Part shown: piece after piece, positions 40,381-50,453 of the stretch | Position numbering within the stretch: position 1 is the first letter of the stretch | Layout of the letters: each line of letters begins with the position of its first letter | DNA from: Candidatus Sulfomarinibacteraceae bacterium | GTDB lineage: Bacteria > Acidobacteriota > Thermoanaerobaculia > Thermoanaerobaculales > Sulfomarinibacteraceae | NCBI GenBank assembly: GCA_963796455.1 | Contig: CAWCLO010000005.1 | Span: 155,757-219,756 of the forward strand | Reading direction: 5' to 3' | DNA: 64,000 nucleotides | Notes under the pieces: generated by a model | What the model saw: only the letters and a program-made list of their open reading frames with translations | What the model was told of the DNA's origin: nothing | The model's database searches: none | Made by a program: the position numbers and the translations under genes

Positions 40381-43100
40381 GTCAAGAGAAATATGTTTAT
40401 TCGTTTGGCGGTGGCACCGCTGACGGTAAGGCGGAGATGAAGAACCTGCTCGGCGGCAAGGGCGCCAACCTGGCCGAGATGGCGAGCCTGGGGATTCCGG
40501 TCCCGGCCGGTTTCACGCTCACCACCGAGGTTTGCACCTACTACTACGATCACGACCAGACCTATCCCTCGACCATCGAGACTGAGGTCGATGCGGCAAT
40601 GGCCATGGTCGAAGAGGTCATGGGCACGAAGTTCGGTGATCCGACCGATCCGCTGCTCGTGTCGGTCCGTTCGGGCGCGCGTTCTTCCATGCCCGGCATG
40701 ATGGAAACAGTGCTCAACGTGGGTCTGTGCTCGGCCACCATCCCCGGTCTGATCAAAAAGACCGGCAACCCCCGGTTCGTTTATGACGCCTATCGCCGCC
40801 TCATCATGATGTACTCCGATGTCGTCATGGAGAAGGCCGCCGGCGTCGAGCCCAGTGAGGGCCAGGGAATCCGCCAACAGCTCGACCGGATGCTCGACGA
40901 GGTCAAGGAGTCGAAGGGCTACGCATCCGACGCCGACATCTCGGCCGAGGATCTCGAGGATCTCTGCAACCGCTTCAAGGCCAAGGTCAAGGAAGTGCTC
41001 GGCAAGGATTTCCCGGATGACCCCAAAGAGCAGCTCTGGGGCGGCATCGGCGCGGTATTCTCTTCCTGGAACGGAAAACGCGCCATCTCCTATCGCCGGA
41101 TCGAGAGCATCCCGGACGAATGGGGCACCGCGGTCAACGTTCAGGCAATGGTCTTCGGCAATATGGGTGACGACTCGGCCACGGGCGTTGCCTTTACCCG
41201 CAACCCTGCTACCGGTGACAACAAGTTCTACGGCGAATGGCTCGTCAACGCCCAGGGCGAGGACGTGGTGGCGGGTACCCGCACCCCGAATCCTCTGAAC
41301 GAGGACACCAAAAACGAGCAGAACGACCACCTTTCCTCGCTGCAGATCGCGATGCCGTCGGTCTACGAGCAGCTCTTCCTGATCCGCAACCAGCTCGAAA
41401 ACCATTATCACGACATGCAGGACATCGAGTTCACCATCCAAGGCGGACGGTTGTGGATGCTCCAGACCCGGGTTGGCAAGCGGACAGGCACCGCGGCCCT
41501 CAACATGGCCATGGACATGCTCTCCGAGACCCTGATCGACAAACCGACCGCAGTGCTTCGGGTTCGCCCCGAACAGCTCGACGAGCTCCTTCACCCGATC
41601 GTCGACCCGGCCGCCGAGGCCAAGGCCGAGCTGATCGCCAAGGGTCTTCCTGCAGGTCCCGGTGGCGCTTTCGGCCAGATCGTCTTTTCGGCCGACGATG
41701 CGGTCGAGTGGGTCAAGGCCGGCAAGACCGTGCTCCTGGTTCGTGAAGAGACCAACCCCGAAGACGTCGAAGGAATGCGCGCAGCAGTCGGCATCCTCAC
41801 CGGTCGCGGCGGCATGACCTCGCACGCGGCGCTGGTTGCCCGCGGCTGGGGCAAGTGCTGCATCGTCGGCGCCGGCGCTCTCAACATCGATGTGATGGCC
41901 AAGACCATCAAGGTCGACGGCAAGACCTTCGTTGAAGGTGATGTCCTGACCCTGAACGGCACCCGCGGAATGGTCTATGCCGGTCAGCTCGACATGATCG
42001 ACGCCACCGAAAACCCACGCTTCGTGGACTTTATGGCACTGGCCGACGAGATCCGGGCGATGAAAGTTCGCACCAACGCCGAAACACCCGAGGATGCCTC
42101 GATCGCCATCGGCTTCGGGGCCGAAGGCATCGGCCTCTTCCGCACCGAGCACATGTTCTACGGCAAGGGCTCTGAAGAGCCACTCTTCATCCTGCGCAAG
42201 ATGATCATGGCCGGTTCACAGGAAGAGCGTCGTGCGACCCTCGAAGAGCTCTACCCCTTTGTCAAAAAGGACATGAAGGCAACCCTCGAGATCATGGGTG
42301 AGCGGCCGGTGACCTTCCGTCTGCTCGATCCGCCCTTGCACGAGTTCGTGCCCCAGAACGAGGCCGAACGTGCAGAGCTCGCCACGGCCCTCGGGATCGA
42401 TGCCGCCGAACTCAACCGTCGCGCCGACGAGCTCCACGAGCTCAACCCCATGATGGGTCACCGCGGCGTGCGTCTCGGCATCACCTTCCCCGAGATCTCC
42501 GAGATGCAGTTCCGCGCCATCCTCGAGTCGGCCGCCGAGCTGCGGCAGGATGGCAAAGAGTGCCACCCCGAGATCATGGTCCCCGTGACCTGCGCCAAGG
42601 AGGAGCTCGATGCACAGCTCGTATTGGCCAAACAGGTCCACGCTGAGGTCTGCGAGAAGTACGGAGTCGATGAGGTCGAGCACCTCTACGGCACGATGAT
42701 CGAGATCCCGCGCGCGGCCCTGACCGCCGACGAGATCGCCAAATCGACCCAGTTCTTCAGCTTTGGCACCAACGACCTCACGCAGATGACCTTTGGGTTC
42801 TCGCGCGACGATATCGGCGGTTTCCTGCCCGACTACCTCGACCAGAAGATCCTGCCGGTCGATCCCTTCCAGGTCCTCGATCGCGACTCGGTTGGTGTTT
42901 TGGTCCAGACCGGCATCGAAAAGGGCCGCTCGACCCGCCCCGATCTCAAGGTCGGAATCTGCGGCGAACACGGTGGCGAGCCGAACTCCGTGGAGTTCTG
43001 CCATCTGGTCGGCATGAACTACGTCAGCTGCTCGCCGTACCGCGTGCCGATCGCACGGTTGGCCGCAGCCCAGGCGCAGATCAACCACCCGCGTAAGTAA
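40377..43100 (+). CDS. ppdK: Pyruvate, phosphate dikinase
   Basis: LLGGKGANL, GGMTSHAALVARG, GICGEHGG. Confidence 0.97.
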   Translation: MSQEKYVYSFGGGTADGKAEMKNLLGGKGANLAEMASLGIPVPAGFTLTTEVCTYYYDHDQTYPSTIETEVDAAMAMVEEVMGTKFGDPTDPLLVSVRSGARSSMPGMMETVLNVGLCSATIPGLIKKTGNPRFVYDAYRRLIMMYSDVVMEKAAGVEPSEGQGIRQQLDRMLDEVKESKGYASDADISAEDLEDLCNRFKAKVKEVLGKDFPDDPKEQLWGGIGAVFSSWNGKRAISYRRIESIPDEWGTAVNVQAMVFGNMGDDSATGVAFTRNPATGDNKFYGEWLVNAQGEDVVAGTRTPNPLNEDTKNEQNDHLSSLQIAMPSVYEQLFLIRNQLENHYHDMQDIEFTIQGGRLWMLQTRVGKRTGTAALNMAMDMLSETLIDKPTAVLRVRPEQLDELLHPIVDPAAEAKAELIAKGLPAGPGGAFGQIVFSADDAVEWVKAGKTVLLVREETNPEDVEGMRAAVGILTGRGGMTSHAALVARGWGKCCIVGAGALNIDVMAKTIKVDGKTFVEGDVLTLNGTRGMVYAGQLDMIDATENPRFVDFMALADEIRAMKVRTNAETPEDASIAIGFGAEGIGLFRTEHMFYGKGSEEPLFILRKMIMAGSQEERRATLEELYPFVKKDMKATLEIMGERPVTFRLLDPPLHEFVPQNEAERAELATALGIDAAELNRRADELHELNPMMGHRGVRLGITFPEISEMQFRAILESAAELRQDGKECHPEIMVPVTCAKEELDAQLVLAKQVHAEVCEKYGVDEVEHLYGTMIEIPRAALTADEIAKSTQFFSFGTNDLTQMTFGFSRDDIGGFLPDYLDQKILPVDPFQVLDRDSVGVLVQTGIEKGRSTRPDLKVGICGEHGGEPNSVEFCHLVGMNYVSCSPYRVPIARLAAAQAQINHPRK

Positions 43101-43123
43101 TCAAGCACTCAACTGAACGCAAC

Positions 43124-43156
43124 AACCCGCGCTCTCCGGAGCGCGGGTTTTTCTTT
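43124..43156 (+). terminator. Rho-independent terminator after ppdK
   Basis: AACCCGCGCTC-TCCG-GAGCGCGGGTT-TTTCTTT. Confidence 0.88.
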
Positions 43157-43171
43157 CGGCCCGAACCCGAC

Positions 43172-43220
43172 AAGGGGGCAGAGGGGCAGGGGAGAGAGGG
43201 AGAAGGGGAGAAAGGGAGAA
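43172..43220. repeat. Purine-rich octamer tandem array
   Basis: Same unit family as 632-698. Confidence 0.8.
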
Positions 43221-43363
43221 CCGCACAGTCGCACGATGCTGGATGCCCGAGCCTGTTGCCGTTACCGTTACCGTTACCGAACGGGGAAAAGAAAGAGAGG
43301 GAGCAAGGGAGAAGGGGAGAGCCGTCCGGTGTTGATCCCGCACACAGGCGAATGTCGCCTCCC

Positions 43364-43486
43364 GATGTCATCCTGAGCGGAGCGCCGTGGGCGCGGAGTC
43401 GAAGGATCTGCGGTCGAAGCAACTTAGGTTTCATCTCATAGATCCTTCGACTACGCCCCTTTGGGGGCTCCGCTCAGGATGACATC
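43364..43486. repeat. Long palindromic REP/MITE-like element
   Basis: 20-bp perfect IR GATGTCATCCTGAGCGGAGC / GCTCCGCTCAGGATGACATC plus inner 13-bp IR AGTCGAAGGATCT / AGATCCTTCGACT. Confidence 0.88.
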
Positions 43487-43579
43487 TTGAATGTATGCTG
43501 CCAGCTCAAAAACCCACGCGGCTGGATGTCACGAGGAGGGCGAGGAACTACTGAGAATGTCTTTTCGCCATCGAAGGAC

Positions 43580-43705
43580 TGCAGCGGCGGTGTCCGTCGA
43601 CAGGGACAGCGAGCAGCGATAGGAAACAGCGACAGAGAACAGCGTTCATGGTTCAGCGACAGCGATCAGGTGCAGTGACGGCGTGGTCACCTCCGGGTCG
43701 TTCAA
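43580..43705 (+). repeat. Modular intergenic element, copy 4 (5' repeats plus 44-bp core at 43662-43705)
   Basis: Core differs from copy 3 at one position. Confidence 0.88.
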
Positions 43706-43836
43706 CGGAAGGCAGACACCGGACAACCGAGAAAGCGCAGATGGATACGTGCCCGGTATCTGCGTTCATCTGCGTGATCTGCGGTTGCTCCGTTTCGGAT
43801 CCTCTGATTTGTCGGTCGCAAACTGGACCGGAAACG

Positions 43837-43866
43837 AAAAAACCCGCACTCGAGGGAGCGCGGGTT
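43837..43866 (-). terminator. Rho-independent terminator for minus-strand OM barrel gene
   Basis: Minus strand AACCCGCGCTC-CCTC-GAGTGCGGGTT-TTTT. Confidence 0.75.
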
Positions 43867-43962
43867 GTCGTTTCCGTCTGATTGGTGAGTCCGATTGTTC
43901 TCGCTATCGGACTCGCTGAGCTCACGCGTTCGTTACAACGCGGTTCCTGTTTTGGATCCCAG

Positions 43963-44646
43963 TTAGAAAATCCAACCGAAATCGAGCAGGAACACGTCGA
44001 AACGCGGCGTGCCGTCGGCGCCCGAAAAGTCCATCCACTGGCTGGTGTAACCGAAGCGCAGGAAGGTGTTGTCGCTGTCGAAGGTGTAGCGGAGACCGAG
44101 CGTTGCCTGATAGGAGAAGGCGTCGGTCGTCCTGGTCGGGTAGGTCGTGTAGCAGACGTAACCCCACCAAGGGTCCCACCAGCAACCGGTCGAGGGCAGT
44201 CCGTTGGGGATGTTGGTGTCGATCCATGTCCAGCCGATACCGGCGCCGACGTAGGGTGTGAGCTGATTTTCGGTGAAGTTGTAGACCAGGTTGCCCGACA
44301 GGGTGAACGCATCATAGCTGCCCCTGATGTCGAACTCGCTGCCATCCTCGTCCATTCCGGTCGCGTCGTACCCGATTCCCGACCATTGCAGACCGAAAGT
44401 GGTGGCGAGATGTTCATTGAAGTTGTAGCCGGCTCCCAGCGCAAAACCGAAATCGTCATTGGTGTCTACGAATGTTCCCTCTTTGGTGTCGATTTCGGCG
44501 CCAAGTTGGTAGAAGGTCCCAAGGCTGAACTCCCAGCGACCTTCCCGGTACTGGGCGTCGGCCGCGGGGGCAACGGCAAGAAACCCGATGGTCAAAGCGG
44601 CGACGGCGAGAATCGTGCCGGTACGTGATGTTTTCGAATGTGTCAT
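43963..44646 (-). CDS. Outer-membrane beta-barrel protein
   Basis: Signal peptide; LTPYVGAGIGW; CWWDPWWGYVC loop; terminal FGWIF. Confidence 0.85.
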   Translation of the reverse strand: MTHSKTSRTGTILAVAALTIGFLAVAPAADAQYREGRWEFSLGTFYQLGAEIDTKEGTFVDTNDDFGFALGAGYNFNEHLATTFGLQWSGIGYDATGMDEDGSEFDIRGSYDAFTLSGNLVYNFTENQLTPYVGAGIGWTWIDTNIPNGLPSTGCWWDPWWGYVCYTTYPTRTTDAFSYQATLGLRYTFDSDNTFLRFGYTSQWMDFSGADGTPRFDVFLLDFGWIF

Positions 44647-44802
44647 AAGTTCTCCATTTCCAAGTTGTTTTGTTGATAATGCATCTCTTTGACGATGCGG
44701 CCGGGGATCATAACATAAAGAGAAGAGGGCTCGCACCATGCCCTCAACTCCCTCTATCGGTATTGATTGTCTGCGGCGGAGATTTCTTCAGTGTCGAGGC
44801 GG

Positions 44803-45360
44803 CTAGAATTTCACCAAATACTTCTTCCCCTCGAGACATACGCTAAAAGCCTTCTTGAAGTTTTCGGTCTGCTCCGCCGTCGCCTGCTGGGCCTGCTGGT
44901 TCTGCTGCTCGACCTGCTGGCTGGCATCCTTCTTGACGCGCTTCGTCTTGCGGCGGGCGACGACCGCACCGGCGGCCGCGCCGTAGGCGGCGCCCCTGCC
45001 GGCATCGTCGCTGGCGATCTCTCCAATCAACGCACCCGCTGCGGCCCCACCCACGGCACCCTTCGCCCCGGCGCCCTGGCCGGCGGAGGCAATCTCCTGT
45101 TGCGCTTGCTGGGACTGCTGCTGCACCTGTTGGGCCTGTTTCTGCAAATCAAAGGGGTCGACGCCGGTGTTCTCGACCGCCCAGCTGTAACAGGTGGCCT
45201 CATCGACCGACTGTTGCTCGGGGGTCTGCCCCTCATTCGGAAAGACGTAGGTCTCGAGCGTTGCGGCGAGGGACTGCTGCGACGCCGGCTCGGTCTGTGC
45301 CACGGCGACTCCGGCGATCGCTGCGATCAAAGTAACTACAATCGTGATTCTGATGTTCAT
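44803..45360 (-). CDS. Exported glycine-zipper (YMGG-like) protein
   Basis: FPNEGQTPEQQSVDEATC; GAVGGAAAGALIG; FKKAFSVCLEGKKY. Confidence 0.85.
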   Translation of the reverse strand: MNIRITIVVTLIAAIAGVAVAQTEPASQQSLAATLETYVFPNEGQTPEQQSVDEATCYSWAVENTGVDPFDLQKQAQQVQQQSQQAQQEIASAGQGAGAKGAVGGAAAGALIGEIASDDAGRGAAYGAAAGAVVARRKTKRVKKDASQQVEQQNQQAQQATAEQTENFKKAFSVCLEGKKYLVKF

Positions 45361-45374
45361 GTTGTGTATTCCCT

Positions 45375-45812
45375 TCACTTATCGCCAGGCTCGGTGGTTT
45401 GTGCGATCGGCGTGCAGGCGCCGAAGACCGCTACCGCAACCCCCTCGAACGCGACGGCAACCGTGACCTGACCGGTCTGCTCGTTGATCACCCAGCTGAA
45501 TGCCCGGCCCATCTCGAAGCCTTGCAGGAAAATATCCCCATCCTCGCGGTTCACGTGCTTGATGGGGGTCACCCGGTTCTGGCCGCTCGCCTTGGTGGTG
45601 CTGAGTTGCTGCGCTTCGAGGTCGACCTCGACGAATGCCGGAACGTTGAGGTTGGCCGGCAGATCCACCAGGCATTCACCATCCTCGAAACAGATGGTGG
45701 CCTGAACAGAGGCGCACAGGAATCTATTCGAATCGCTGAGGTCGTCAGCCCACACTACCTGGCCCCCGAGAGCCAAAAGCACCGTCAGAACAAATCCACA
45801 AATCTTCTTCAT
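45375..45812 (-). CDS. Exported hypothetical protein with four Cys in the mature part
   Basis: Signal peptide; FLCAS...C...C...FGAC. Confidence 0.75.
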   Translation of the reverse strand: MKKICGFVLTVLLALGGQVVWADDLSDSNRFLCASVQATICFEDGECLVDLPANLNVPAFVEVDLEAQQLSTTKASGQNRVTPIKHVNREDGDIFLQGFEMGRAFSWVINEQTGQVTVAVAFEGVAVAVFGACTPIAQTTEPGDK

Positions 45813-45849
45813 TTTCTGTCTCCATTTCCAGCCGATCCGTAGACGAGCC

Positions 45850-46593
45850 TCAGAAACTGAAGGCCACAGCGAGCTGCGGCCCGGCGATCAGCATGTCGTA
45901 GCGGAAGAGGTCCCGCCCGCTCCCGTCCTCATAGTCCATGTCGATCGCGCGATAACCCAAGACAATTGAAACCACCTTCGAGGCGCGGAACCCGACATCG
46001 GCATAGGCCTGCCACGCCATCTCCGAACCGACGCCAAAGCCGCCGATGTCGCCACGGGCACCGAACCACCAACGCTGCGACAGCGGCGTCATGAGATGGA
46101 CGCCGACAAAGGGGTCGATCCAACTCTTACCCGTGCTGACGTCTTCGTCGAGGATCTCGCCCGTGTACCGGATGCGATTTTCGAGGTCCACCCAGCGCGC
46201 GCCCGCAAGGAGGGTGAAGGCGGGCGAGATGCGGTAGCCTCCTGCGACCTCGAAGAGGGTCTGCTGGACGGCCACTGTGGCAGTGCCCAGAGCGATGTCG
46301 TTACTCCCCTCGAGGTCCACGTAGAACAGGTCAGACATCAGCGCCCAGTGATCGTTCCTCATATCGAAGTGGGCCATGAGGGCAAGGTCCAGATTGTCGA
46401 TGATGTCGCTGAAGGGGACATCGACATCGGCCTCGATGCCCTTGACCGTAATCGAACCGTCCATCCCCGCCGCGACGAGGTACGGTGCAATCGAGAACTC
46501 CCAACCATCCGTCCCCGACTGGGCCTCCGCCTGCGGTACGGCCAGGGTCATGACGGTTGCGGCGAGGATCGCGAGCAGTATCTTATTCCTCAT
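45850..46593 (-). CDS. Outer-membrane beta-barrel protein
   Basis: Signal peptide; WEFSIAPY; WIDPFVG; GDIGGFGVGS; terminal AFSF. Confidence 0.85.
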   Translation of the reverse strand: MRNKILLAILAATVMTLAVPQAEAQSGTDGWEFSIAPYLVAAGMDGSITVKGIEADVDVPFSDIIDNLDLALMAHFDMRNDHWALMSDLFYVDLEGSNDIALGTATVAVQQTLFEVAGGYRISPAFTLLAGARWVDLENRIRYTGEILDEDVSTGKSWIDPFVGVHLMTPLSQRWWFGARGDIGGFGVGSEMAWQAYADVGFRASKVVSIVLGYRAIDMDYEDGSGRDLFRYDMLIAGPQLAVAFSF

Positions 46594-46613
46594 GTCCTGA
46601 CCTCCATGCCGGC

Positions 46614-46658
46614 ACGATATCCGGAATCCCCGGTTTTCGAAACTCGCAAAATTACGGG
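46614..46658 (-). promoter_or_regulatory. Shared-motif promoter C
   Basis: CCCGTAATTTTGCGAGTTT-N20-TATCGT. Confidence 0.75.
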
Positions 46659-46721
46659 GTCAACGGCGGAGAATCACCACCTTCAGGTGCTGCGAGTCTC
46701 TCCCCCCTCCGCAATTCCAGG

Positions 46722-47720
46722 TCAGTCGAAGGCGACCGGATCCCACGAAGAGTCGGGGTTGTAGAGTTCCATGGCGCGAAACTGGTCAAGCGTGGCCTCT
46801 CCGAGATCCTGTTCGTAGACAACGCCGTTGTGGCTGACGATGAAGGTCTTGACGCCGGTCACACCGTAATCTACCGGGGCGGCGGCAAGCGCGAAACCAC
46901 CGATCATGGCGCCCATGACGACAAAGTCCGTCTCACCCAGCGGCGCGTCCGGGCCCTGGCCCTTGAGGACCTTGAAGTAGTAGCCGTGGTAGGGCTCGAA
47001 GCGTTCGGTGTAGCCCTCGGCGATGACCAGGGCAATCTCTTCACCCAAGGGCCCCTCCCAGGTACCGTCCGGGGCCCGCCACGCCAGACCATTCTGTTTG
47101 CCGGGAGTGCTGATGATGTGCTGCGCGTACTGGTTCACGAGGACATCGTCGTGCTTGACCAGGGCGTACTGGCGCTGCGCGTCGACGTAGTTCAGGCAGA
47201 CGTCGATGGCATCGAATTCGTTGCTCCCGACGCGGCGGTAGAGCAGTTCCTCACGGCCGGCCTCGGTGTCGAAGAACCAGCGCCCGCCCTCCTCGACGAT
47301 CGGCATCGGCACCGGCCAGTCCTCGGCTCCCACCGACAAAATGGCGACATGGGGGTCCAGGGGGACCCGGTCGACCTCGGTCTTGATACGCGCCTGCGCT
47401 GCAAACGCCAGGCTCTGATTGCGGTCTTGGACCGGGTCGCCCGTTTCCATCAGGTCGGCGCCGTCCGGCCCCAGGATCCGGGTCAAGGCCTCTACGTCGT
47501 ATGTTTCGGCCGCAACGATGAGGGCCTCGGCCGCATCTTCGGGGGTTGCGAAATCCATCTGGTTGACCGTCTGGGCCGCTCCGGAAGTCTCGCCGGAACC
47601 GGTCGCACACCCGGTGGCAAGCACGAGGGGCGTGGCCGCGATCACGAGACAGAGCCCGAGACGCGCGATGCGCGCGCGATGCTGCTGAACGAGATACTGG
47701 TTACCGTGTGTCAGGATCAT
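46722..47720 (-). CDS. DUF2950-family protein, probable lipoprotein
   Basis: LATGC; RRVGSNE; PYHGYYFKVL; YGVTGVKTFIV; YEQDLG. Confidence 0.88.
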   Translation of the reverse strand: MILTHGNQYLVQQHRARIARLGLCLVIAATPLVLATGCATGSGETSGAAQTVNQMDFATPEDAAEALIVAAETYDVEALTRILGPDGADLMETGDPVQDRNQSLAFAAQARIKTEVDRVPLDPHVAILSVGAEDWPVPMPIVEEGGRWFFDTEAGREELLYRRVGSNEFDAIDVCLNYVDAQRQYALVKHDDVLVNQYAQHIISTPGKQNGLAWRAPDGTWEGPLGEEIALVIAEGYTERFEPYHGYYFKVLKGQGPDAPLGETDFVVMGAMIGGFALAAAPVDYGVTGVKTFIVSHNGVVYEQDLGEATLDQFRAMELYNPDSSWDPVAFD

Positions 47721-47724
47721 CGCC

Positions 47725-48990
47725 TTACCTCCGCCGTCCGCCGCCGCCCCCGCCCCGGGATCCCATGCTGGAAGCGCCTCGCGAGCTTGCCGATCGGGCG
47801 CTCGATCCGCTGAAACCACTCGAACTGCCCCCGAAGCCGCTGGCACCCATTCCGCTGCTCGAGGGCATGCTGCGGTTTGCGGTGGCACCGGAGGACCCTC
47901 GGCTGGAAGCGCTCGGCGCTCGGTTGGCGGTTCCAGGGCTTGCCCCGCGGTTGGCGGTAGAGGGGCTTGCAGCCCTGTTTGAAGCTCCGGCGCTGCCCGC
48001 CCGATTGGAAGTCCCTGCGCTGGGTCCCCCCGCCCGATTCCCTGTTCCCCCTTGCTGGCGGGCGCTTGCCTGCCGGCTGCTCAACGAGTCACCGCGGGCC
48101 GATCCGCCGTACTTGTTCGCGGTCGCCTTGTCTGCATACGGGGTCCCACCACGGTGGTTGGCGTTGTGTTGCCAGTTTCCGCCGCCGGCGTTGATGTTGT
48201 TGTTCCTATTGAAATTGTTGTTGATGTTGATATTGACATTGTTGCTTCCCCAGCCACAGTGGCAACACGAACCGCCCCAGATTGCGGCGCCCCACATGAC
48301 CCCGACACTGAACGCGACGAAGGCCCCGCCGGGTGGGTAGGGGGGGTAGTAGATCGGAGGGTACGGGTAGACGGGCGGGCCGTAGACCACAGTCGGGCTG
48401 TAGGACGGCACGTAGATCACTTCAGGCTCCGCGGCCTCGACGATGATCACGGTTTTTTCCTCTACGATCTGGGTTTCGACCACCTGCTGTTCGTTGGATT
48501 CGAGGGCGCCGTTGTCCTGCGCCTTCTTCCGCATCCGTTGCACGGCATCCATGACGTCCTGCTGCTGCGCGAGAAAGGCGTTGCCGAGTTCCGTGGCCCA
48601 CTGGACGTCGTCGGCGAGACGCGTCACCACCTCGGGCACCGCCGCCATCGACTGGATGCTGGGATCCCAGGGCTGTTTCGCCACCGCCTCGGCCAGCGCG
48701 TCGCCCTCGAGCCCGGGGTTTTTATCGAGCCACTGTTGGAGCTGAATGATCTCGAGCGGGTAGGTCGAGGCGACCAGCACCTGCGCCAGTAGTGGGTCGG
48801 GATATAGAGCGATCGGGGCGACCAGCGAGTCGAGTTGATCGGCCGGGATGCCGACAGGGGCCGCATCAGCCGCGGCGGCCTCCTGCGCCCCCACGAACGA
48901 AGCACCGCTCATTTGAAGGATCACGGCCGCAATCGCGATCAATGCGACAGCCCTTCTTCTCGGTTGGGATGGAATGGTCGAAGCGCTCAT
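47725..48990 (-). CDS. DUF3300-family protein with Gly/Ser/Arg-rich tail
   Basis: QLDSLVAPIALYPDPLLAQVLVASTYP; WDPSIQS; IYVPSY. Confidence 0.9.
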   Translation of the reverse strand: MSASTIPSQPRRRAVALIAIAAVILQMSGASFVGAQEAAAADAAPVGIPADQLDSLVAPIALYPDPLLAQVLVASTYPLEIIQLQQWLDKNPGLEGDALAEAVAKQPWDPSIQSMAAVPEVVTRLADDVQWATELGNAFLAQQQDVMDAVQRMRKKAQDNGALESNEQQVVETQIVEEKTVIIVEAAEPEVIYVPSYSPTVVYGPPVYPYPPIYYPPYPPGGAFVAFSVGVMWGAAIWGGSCCHCGWGSNNVNININNNFNRNNNINAGGGNWQHNANHRGGTPYADKATANKYGGSARGDSLSSRQASARQQGGTGNRAGGPSAGTSNRAGSAGASNRAASPSTANRGASPGTANRAPSASSRGSSGATANRSMPSSSGMGASGFGGSSSGFSGSSARSASSRGASSMGSRGGGGGGRRR

Positions 48991-49074
48991 GTTGCATGCC
49001 CCCAATTCGCGCCGCTTCCGTCGGTCGGCATTCCCCTGGGAAGCACGCGTCAGATCTTTTTGATTGCCAATCAT

Positions 49075-49119
49075 ACGGTAGCTGCCGCGCGCCATCCTGG
49101 GAACTCGGAAAAATACGGG
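49075..49119 (-). promoter_or_regulatory. Shared-motif promoter B
   Basis: CCCGTATTTTTCCGAGTTC-N20-TACCGT. Confidence 0.75.
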
Positions 49120-49171
49120 GATGCTGCCCTCTCACCCAGCAATTTTCTCTCGAGGTCTCCTCGGGGGCAAG

Positions 49172-49216
49172 CCCGTAGTTTTCCGAGTTTACAGGCCATC
49201 GATTTCGAGCTACCGT
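49172..49216 (+). promoter_or_regulatory. Shared-motif promoter A
   Basis: CCCGTAGTTTTCCGAGTTT-N20-TACCGT (TTTACA-N17-TACCGT). Confidence 0.78.
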
Positions 49217-49309
49217 CCAGGTTAAGATCAGTCGACCCGGGAACCTGAAACGCGGAGTCCGTCAGCAGGAGGCACTCATGATCCGTCAATTCCACACAAG
49301 GCCACAGCC

Positions 49310-50410
49310 ATGAAATACGCCACCGACCATCGTCAGGGGTGGCTGCCCGCAACCGTTGCCTGCTGTCTCTTGGCCTGCGTCGGCTGCGCCAAAGAGGCAC
49401 CGCCGACACCGGAGCCGACGGTGCGGGCGGTCAGGTTGTTCGAGGTCGGATCGCAGGATCTGTTGTCGCAGCGGGAGTACCCCGGCCACATTACGGCCGC
49501 CACCGAAGCCCAGGTCAGCTTCGAGGTCCGCGGTCGCATCCTCGAGCTGCCGGTCGGCCAGGGCCAGCGGGTTCGCGAGGGCGACCTCCTGGCCCGGATC
49601 GATCCGAGCGACTACCAGGCGCAACTCGATGCCTCCATCGCCCAACGCAACGCCGCGCTTGCCGACTACGAGCGATTCGAGGAGCTGCTGGCAAAGGACG
49701 CCGTTTCGCAGCGCGACTTCGAGACCCGCAAGCGGAACTGGGAGGTGGCCGAGGCAAACCTGCGGATCGAAGAAAAGAACTTCGCCGACACCACGCTCCG
49801 CGCTCCTTTTACCGGGCGGGTCGCACGGACGTACGTCGAGCGCTTCCAGAACGTCAAGGCGCAGGAGACCGTCCTGCTGCTGCAGGACGACCAGCACCTC
49901 GAGATCGATGTCTCGATCCCCGAGGCCGCGCTGATGCAAATCGGTCGGTCGATCAACTTGCGTGCTCTGAACAGTCTGTTGAAACCGGTCGTCGCGATTT
50001 CGTCGCTGCCACCAGACACCACTTTCCCGGCTCGAATCAAGGAGCTCGCCACCGCGGCCGACCCGACGACCCGCACCTTCGAGGCCACGTTCGCCTTCGA
50101 CGCACCGTCCGAGGTCCTGATCCTCCCAGGGATGACGGCGCTGGTGAGGATGAGCGCCACCATTGACGAGCTCGGCGCCGGCATCGCCGTCCCGGCGAGT
50201 TCGAGCGTGATCGACGCCAACGGTGCCTCCTCGGTCTGGCGGGTGGACCGCGACACCATGCAGGTGCACCGTGTCGCCGTCGAACTCGGTGAGTTGTCCG
50301 GCGACTCGGTCGTGGTCGAGCGGGGGCTCGAGCCCGGCGATCTCATCGCCGCATCGGGAGCGAACCAGCTTCGCGAGGGCATGCAGGTCCGTTCGTCGGT
50401 GACGCCATGA
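49310..50410 (+). CDS. RND efflux periplasmic adaptor (MFP)
   Basis: Lipobox-like CVGC; VSFEVRGRI; LRAPFTG; LPGMT. Confidence 0.92.
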   Translation: MKYATDHRQGWLPATVACCLLACVGCAKEAPPTPEPTVRAVRLFEVGSQDLLSQREYPGHITAATEAQVSFEVRGRILELPVGQGQRVREGDLLARIDPSDYQAQLDASIAQRNAALADYERFEELLAKDAVSQRDFETRKRNWEVAEANLRIEEKNFADTTLRAPFTGRVARTYVERFQNVKAQETVLLLQDDQHLEIDVSIPEAALMQIGRSINLRALNSLLKPVVAISSLPPDTTFPARIKELATAADPTTRTFEATFAFDAPSEVLILPGMTALVRMSATIDELGAGIAVPASSSVIDANGASSVWRVDRDTMQVHRVAVELGELSGDSVVVERGLEPGDLIAASGANQLREGMQVRSSVTP

Positions 50411-50453
50411 GCCCCGCGTCGGACCCTCGTGACGGGAAAGGCGTGTTCGCACC

